Positions 49,390 through 53,112 of a DNA stretch of 53,112 bases are shown here, in pieces (positions within the stretch are counted from its first letter, which is position 1; every line of letters begins with the position of its first letter). The DNA comes from a virus. Taxonomy: Duplodnaviria > Caudoviricetes. Made by a program: the position numbers and the translations under genes. The DNA lies in the IMG/VR virus record IMGVR_UViG_3300027859_000022, positions 1 through 53,112 of that record. One strand, 5' to 3'. Under the pieces are notes generated by a model that was not told the DNA's origin, did not search any database, and was given only the letters and a program-made list of their open reading frames with translations.

Positions 49390-49460
49390 TGATGGAAATG
49401 GAAATAGTTTTACTGACCTTAATAGCTCTAGTAGTGTTGGTTGATTACTTACTAAGCTAG
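49386..49460 (+). CDS. Membrane micropeptide (24 aa)
   Basis: MMMEMEIVLLTLIALVVLVDYLLS. Paralogue at 44101. Confidence 0.65.
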   Translation: MMMEMEIVLLTLIALVVLVDYLLS

Positions 49461-49478
49461 TCGGAGTCGGAGCAATCG

Positions 49479-49509
49479 GGGGCAGTTTTCGGACTGCCCT
49501 CTCTTATTT
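49479..49509 (+). terminator. Rho-independent terminator
   Basis: GGGCAGTT-TTCG-GACTGCCC followed by TCTCTTATTT. Confidence 0.75.
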
Positions 49510-49588
49510 GGATCTGAATATAAACACACAAAAACAACCAGCCAGGTATGCCAGGAGAGGAAGTGGGTTTGGATATGTTTTTGTTTTG

Positions 49589-49617
49589 TTTACAAATAGT
49601 ATATTTACTGTTATAAT
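49589..49617 (+). promoter_or_regulatory. Early sigma70 promoter
   Basis: TTTACA-N17-TATAAT with an extended TG. Confidence 0.8.
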
Positions 49618-49639
49618 AAAATCTTTACGGAGAAACATT

Positions 49640-49939
49640 ATGAAACTATTAAAAGATGCTAAAGCTAATTTGACTGACGAGCTTATAGATGTTGTTCTTA
49701 AATCAGAAACTGATGATAAAGAATATGATGTTGGTTATTACTTTGGAGTTAAGACAGTAATTCAAAATAAAGAGATAAAAGATGCCGTAGCAGGTATTAG
49801 CTATATAGTTGGAGAGGTTGAAGAGAAACATTATGCTGAACATTATAATGTTGAAAATCCTAACGACATTCCAACAGAAGAACTGCAAGAGCATGTTTAC
49901 AAATATATCAGAATTCTTGTAGATAATTTTGGAGCTTAG
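49640..49939 (+). CDS. Early hypothetical protein
   Basis: RBS GGAG and ACATTATG start just after the promoter. Confidence 0.75.
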   Translation: MKLLKDAKANLTDELIDVVLKSETDDKEYDVGYYFGVKTVIQNKEIKDAVAGISYIVGEVEEKHYAEHYNVENPNDIPTEELQEHVYKYIRILVDNFGA

Positions 49940-49940
49940 T

Positions 49941-50195
49941 ATGTCGGAATACCTAGATAGAATAAACCATCACGAGTTTGATATGAAGATTGGACTTAAG
50001 CAAGGCACATTTGAAATGTTCGGACACATCAACTCTGATGGGGATATTGACTACGATTTCTTCTTAGACCAAAAGCATTTAGATTGTGGCTGTCTTATGA
50101 TTTCGGTTGCAGATAGTAGCGAGTCGTATTGGTGGGAATGGATTGTTTGCGATATTTTAAAAACATACGATTTCAATAAAAAAAGATTTCTTTAG
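49941..50195 (+). CDS. Early hypothetical protein (paralogue A)
   Basis: LKQGTFEMF...YDFFLDQ shared with the 50370 gene. Confidence 0.75.
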   Translation: MSEYLDRINHHEFDMKIGLKQGTFEMFGHINSDGDIDYDFFLDQKHLDCGCLMISVADSSESYWWEWIVCDILKTYDFNKKRFL

Positions 50196-50210
50196 TCGGA
50201 GTCGGAGGTC

Positions 50211-50241
50211 GGGCAACTCTTAGGGGTTGTCCTTTCTTTTT
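50211..50241 (+). terminator. Rho-independent terminator
   Basis: GGGCAACTC-TTAG-GGGTTGTCC plus a T-rich tail. Confidence 0.75.
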
Positions 50242-50315
50242 GCCTGAAGGATATATATACACAAATAATCACAAATTTATGATCCAGGCAAGTTGTTGTG
50301 CTAGTTCTCTCTAAG

Positions 50316-50344
50316 TTTACTTTTAGTAATAACCAGGTTATAAT
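50316..50344 (+). promoter_or_regulatory. Early sigma70 promoter
   Basis: TTTACT-N17-TATAAT. Confidence 0.75.
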
Positions 50345-50369
50345 AAATAAAACTTAAATGGAGAATAAT

Positions 50370-50675
50370 ATGAGTGAGGAGTATCAAGACTATATTGTTG
50401 ACGGTTTGCCTGAATACAATTTTAAGCTAGAACTTAAACAGGGGACATTTGAAATGTTTGCAACTATCAATAGCTATGGCTTTATGGACTATAACTTCTT
50501 CCTGGATCAACAGCTTTTAGATGGTGGTGTGTACGGAGGATATTGGTGTAAGTCAGATAGCTATGGCGACTTCAATGAAAGTGATGAGAGCAGTCTTTAT
50601 GAGCAAGAGTGGGGTTATCTCTGCTCATTCGTTCTTAAAGATTACGACTTTGAAAATAAAACTTGGGGTGTGTAA
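50370..50675 (+). CDS. Early hypothetical protein (paralogue B)
   Basis: LKQGTFEMF...YNFFLDQ...LKDYDF. RBS GGAG. Confidence 0.75.
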   Translation: MSEEYQDYIVDGLPEYNFKLELKQGTFEMFATINSYGFMDYNFFLDQQLLDGGVYGGYWCKSDSYGDFNESDESSLYEQEWGYLCSFVLKDYDFENKTWGV

Positions 50676-51013
50676 TGACGACAAAAGTGTATTGTGATGA
50701 ATGCGATAAAGTTTTACATGTAAATTGTGCAGGTGGTGTCGGAACAGAAGTAGATGTGGAGATGCCAAATGCTGATTATGTTTTAAGGATTGGAGATTTT
50801 GACACAGATTTATACTTGTGTCCAGCTTGGAATACGAATGACTTTCATGTCTGTCTTGATTGCTACTACGAGAAGTATGTGTGCAAAGAAGGTTGGGTAG
50901 ATGTGTCGGCTCAACTGTTTGAGTTCATGCAAGAGATTGGAATGGAAGAACAGTATGCAGATACTAGAAAACACCTGACTGATATGATCCAGAGGGGTAT
51001 TGACAAAAAGTAG
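50675..51013 (+). CDS. Cys-rich putative Zn-binding early protein
   Basis: CDEC and CLDC motifs. TAATG overlap with the previous gene. Confidence 0.7.
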   Translation: MTTKVYCDECDKVLHVNCAGGVGTEVDVEMPNADYVLRIGDFDTDLYLCPAWNTNDFHVCLDCYYEKYVCKEGWVDVSAQLFEFMQEIGMEEQYADTRKHLTDMIQRGIDKK

Positions 51014-51027
51014 AAAGTAGCTATACT
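51000..51027 (+). promoter_or_regulatory. Sigma70 promoter driving a non-coding transcript
   Basis: TTGACA-N16-TATACT. Confidence 0.75.
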
Positions 51028-51033
51028 AACTTG

Positions 51034-51110
51034 GTCAATAATAGCTTTTGCTATTCTTGGTCATAATGTCCCAAATTGAAACCTCTAGTCTCGGCTAGGG
51101 GTTTCTCTTT
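51034..51110 (+). ncRNA. Candidate antisense small RNA (about 75 nt)
   Basis: Own promoter, hairpin 51040-51055, linker GGUCAUAAUGUCCC, terminator hairpin 51078-51105 plus UCUUU. No ORF of useful length. Confidence 0.7.
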
Positions 51111-51289
51111 ATGGGCGAAGGTAAGTCGGCAGTCGGGTGTCGGGTTTTCTTTTGTACGGGATTTACAGGGGAGCTGGGGTATGTCCACAATATAAACACA
51201 ATATTTTTTTTAGGATCCTGTGGGTAAATTTGGGGATTGGGGTTTGAAAAGACAGGCCAGACTTATTTAAATTATTTTTGCTTTGAGGG

Positions 51290-51318
51290 TTTACATTAAG
51301 TAATCTATTTGTTATTGT
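51290..51318 (+). promoter_or_regulatory. Early sigma70 promoter
   Basis: TTTACA-N17-TATTGT with an extended TG. Confidence 0.65.
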
Positions 51319-51347
51319 GTGCTTATAAACAATTAAAGGAGGACATT

Positions 51348-51692
51348 ATGGTTTATATAAGAGAATGGGAAGTAGAAAAAGTATTTCAATCTTTATTGTC
51401 ATTAAATGATGAAAAGAAATATTTACTTTTAAATGATTATAGAGAGTTGCAAAAAATTCAAAGTGATTATGCAAAAGAAATAAAACCACTTGAAAACAAA
51501 ATAAAAAAACTAGAAGAAAAAATAAATCAAAAAAGAACTACTGTATCTCAATATAGAAGAAGTTATATGTGTAGGCATTTAAAACAATTAGATTTGCCTG
51601 TTTCAAAAATGGAAAAATTTGTGCATGACAGTTTTACTATTTTGGAAGAACAAATAAGACTTTTAGCTTTTAAAAAAGAGGAGGATAAGTAA
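51348..51692 (+). CDS. Early coiled-coil protein
   Basis: RBS AAGGAGG and ACATTATG start. Confidence 0.75.
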   Translation: MVYIREWEVEKVFQSLLSLNDEKKYLLLNDYRELQKIQSDYAKEIKPLENKIKKLEEKINQKRTTVSQYRRSYMCRHLKQLDLPVSKMEKFVHDSFTILEEQIRLLAFKKEEDK

Positions 51693-52081
51693 TGAAAGGA
51701 TATATTATTGATAGTAATTTAAAGGGCGTTTTTCCAATAGATATTAGAAGTGATATGGATTACAAAGACATCTATAAGTATTTACATACAGATGTTAAGC
51801 GAGTAAGTGCTTTTGATGCAGTTCGGGTAAGAGGTACTAATGATTTGATTTATGTTGATGACGAGGGTTTATTAACTAGGGAGAATTATATGTTTGTTTT
51901 TGATCACTTGGACAAACATCATCTATTCGGGAATGGCTTAATACTTGGTACTGATACTGAAGGAGAAAGCATGACTCCCGAAATGTCATTAAATTGGTAT
52001 AGAGATAAAATTACCTTTGCAGATGAGTTGGTTTTGTGTGAGGACTATTTAGTTCCTCCTGTCTTTGTGCCTATTAAATAA
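51692..52081 (+). CDS. DUF3846-like protein
   Basis: DLIYVDDEGLL and LFGNGLILGTDTEGES. Confidence 0.65.
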   Translation: MKGYIIDSNLKGVFPIDIRSDMDYKDIYKYLHTDVKRVSAFDAVRVRGTNDLIYVDDEGLLTRENYMFVFDHLDKHHLFGNGLILGTDTEGESMTPEMSLNWYRDKITFADELVLCEDYLVPPVFVPIK

Positions 52082-52083
52082 AT

Positions 52084-52113
52084 TTTACTTTTAGTATCTA
52101 CTCGTGGTAAGCT
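52084..52113 (+). promoter_or_regulatory. Early sigma70 promoter
   Basis: TTTACT-N18-TAAGCT with an extended TG. Confidence 0.55.
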
Positions 52114-52145
52114 TACCTTATTAACTAATCAATTAAGGAGACATT

Positions 52146-52388
52146 ATGAGAGTTAAAAAACTATTAATAAAAGTAGAGTTAGAGAATGGTGCCGAATGTA
52201 ATTTCGTTGAGTATCAAGCTTTTAGCTTAGTAATAAATGGCACACCTTATATTGTGAACGGAGAGTTCGATACTATCGATATGGAACGAGTTGTTCGCAT
52301 GACTGAGGACAGCATAAGGAGAGAGGGCAACACCATTGTTAATGGGCAAGTCCAAAATCCTAGATTGGAGAATGATTTAGACAGCTAG
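52146..52388 (+). CDS. Early hypothetical protein
   Basis: RBS AAGGAG and ACATTATG start. Confidence 0.75.
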   Translation: MRVKKLLIKVELENGAECNFVEYQAFSLVINGTPYIVNGEFDTIDMERVVRMTEDSIRREGNTIVNGQVQNPRLENDLDS

Positions 52389-52407
52389 AACAATTCTCCC
52401 TAGTTGG

Positions 52408-52442
52408 AAGAGTCAAGCAGAAATGCTTGGCTCTTTTTTTTT
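52408..52442 (+). terminator. Rho-independent terminator
   Basis: AAGAGTCAAGCA-GAAA-TGCTTGGCTCTT plus a T tract. Confidence 0.85.
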
Positions 52443-52615
52443 GGGACTCTTATTGGTCGGGAAAAATGATGCAGGTCGGCAGCTCTCTGGGTCGGCACCC
52501 CAAAATGGTATATATACACAAAGGTAGGTACAAGCACAATAATACACACAAACAATAACAATCATTTTAACAATTCTTCTTTTTGGGTTATATTATGCTC
52601 ATGTATGGCATAAGT

Positions 52616-52669
52616 AGTAGGCTCAGACTTTTCCTAAACTCTTCTCCTCTAGATTTGTTTGGGCCTACT
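52616..52669 (+). ncRNA. Hairpin with a large pyrimidine-rich loop in the leader of 52687
   Basis: 13-bp stem AGTAGGCTCAGAC/GTTTGGGCCTACT with two G-U pairs. Loop contains AAACUCUUCUCCUCU. Confidence 0.5.
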
Positions 52670-52686
52670 CACTACGGAGTAAAGAT

Positions 52687-52998
52687 ATGGAAAACATGAT
52701 GAATCCAGGAATGGGTATGAACGAAGAATTAGAAACTTTATCAAGTCAAGATATGGATGAGGCAAAAGCAGCTATGGGCGAACTCATCAATATGATCGCA
52801 GAAATGAAAGCTGCTGGCATGTCAGATGAAGAAATAAATCAATTTTTAAGTGAGTTTGGTTTGACTTTAGAAGAAGTTTTAATGGCAGACCAAGCATTAA
52901 AAAATCCTGAAATGTTAAATGATCCTAACATGATGGGTGGACAGCCTGAAATGGCTCAAAACAATCAAATTCAAGCACAATTAGATGAATTAATGTAA
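52687..52998 (+). CDS. Acidic Met-rich hypothetical protein
   Basis: ORF track. RBS GGAG. Confidence 0.75.
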   Translation: MENMMNPGMGMNEELETLSSQDMDEAKAAMGELINMIAEMKAAGMSDEEINQFLSEFGLTLEEVLMADQALKNPEMLNDPNMMGGQPEMAQNNQIQAQLDELM

Positions 52999-53112
52999 TG
53001 GCTAGACAACGTTCTGATTTAGATAATAATATTTTAAGTTCCCTAGGGGAAGCAGTAGTAACTGAAACTGACAAGATTTTAGAAAACCCTAGTATGATTG
53101 ACCTCTTTCCGA
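52998..53112 (+). CDS. N-terminus of a gene running off the window
   Basis: TAATG overlap. MARQRSDLDNNILSSLGE... stays open to the end. Confidence 0.6.
   Translation, partial: MARQRSDLDNNILSSLGEAVVTETDKILENPSMIDLFP

Noticed and set aside
49508-49639. ORF-track upstream extensions of early genes (also at 51309 and 5361)
   Set aside because: They run through promoters, spacers or the previous gene. The downstream ATGs fit better.
51035-51064. Minus-strand micro-ORF MTKNSKSYY
   Set aside because: Only 9 codons with no evident minus-strand promoter. The plus strand has both a promoter and a terminator.
47999-52560. Repeats and spacers as a CRISPR array or integron cassette array
   Set aside because: There is no constant repeat with regular spacers, no attC-like long imperfect palindromes, and no cas or integrase gene.
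1-53112. Host assignment and temperate lifestyle
   Set aside because: Low GC and gene content suggest a marine proteobacterial host, but nothing here identifies it. No integrase or CI-type repressor with a peptidase domain was recognised.

Overview
This is a near-complete, AT-rich tailed-phage genome of about 53 kb. It looks like a P22/T7-style podovirus of the uncultured marine type, and both window ends fall inside ORFs. Positions 1-33.8 kb (+) hold the packaging and virion genes: TerL, portal, GroES-like protein, scaffold, major capsid, a cluster of small basic proteins, adaptors, two S74 tail-fibre modules, lysozyme, nozzle and ejection proteins. Positions 33.8-43 kb hold a holin, an MscS-like protein, primase-helicase, a Cro-like HTH, Sak4-like ATPase, SSB, a C5 methyltransferase and a RecE-like nuclease. 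Positions 43-53 kb hold a displaced TerS and a divergent early region of small genes arranged as promoter-gene-terminator cassettes. The most interesting signal is non-coding: (1) several short hairpin RNAs, two with clear promoters of their own, that carry sequence complementary to the ribosome-binding/start regions of the phage's own genes; (2) a palindromic T(T/G)AC-N5-GTA box over the -35 of almost every early promoter; (3) six spacers with the same ordered, strand-biased motif grammar. A shared xxxGG peptide motif links many putative capsid-internal proteins. Two genes are broken by exact out-of-frame tandem duplications and a third by a frameshift next to a repeat, which may be assembly artefacts. 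All calls come from reading the sequence by eye; no searches or folding programs were run. I saw no tRNA, CRISPR array, integrase or reverse transcriptase.
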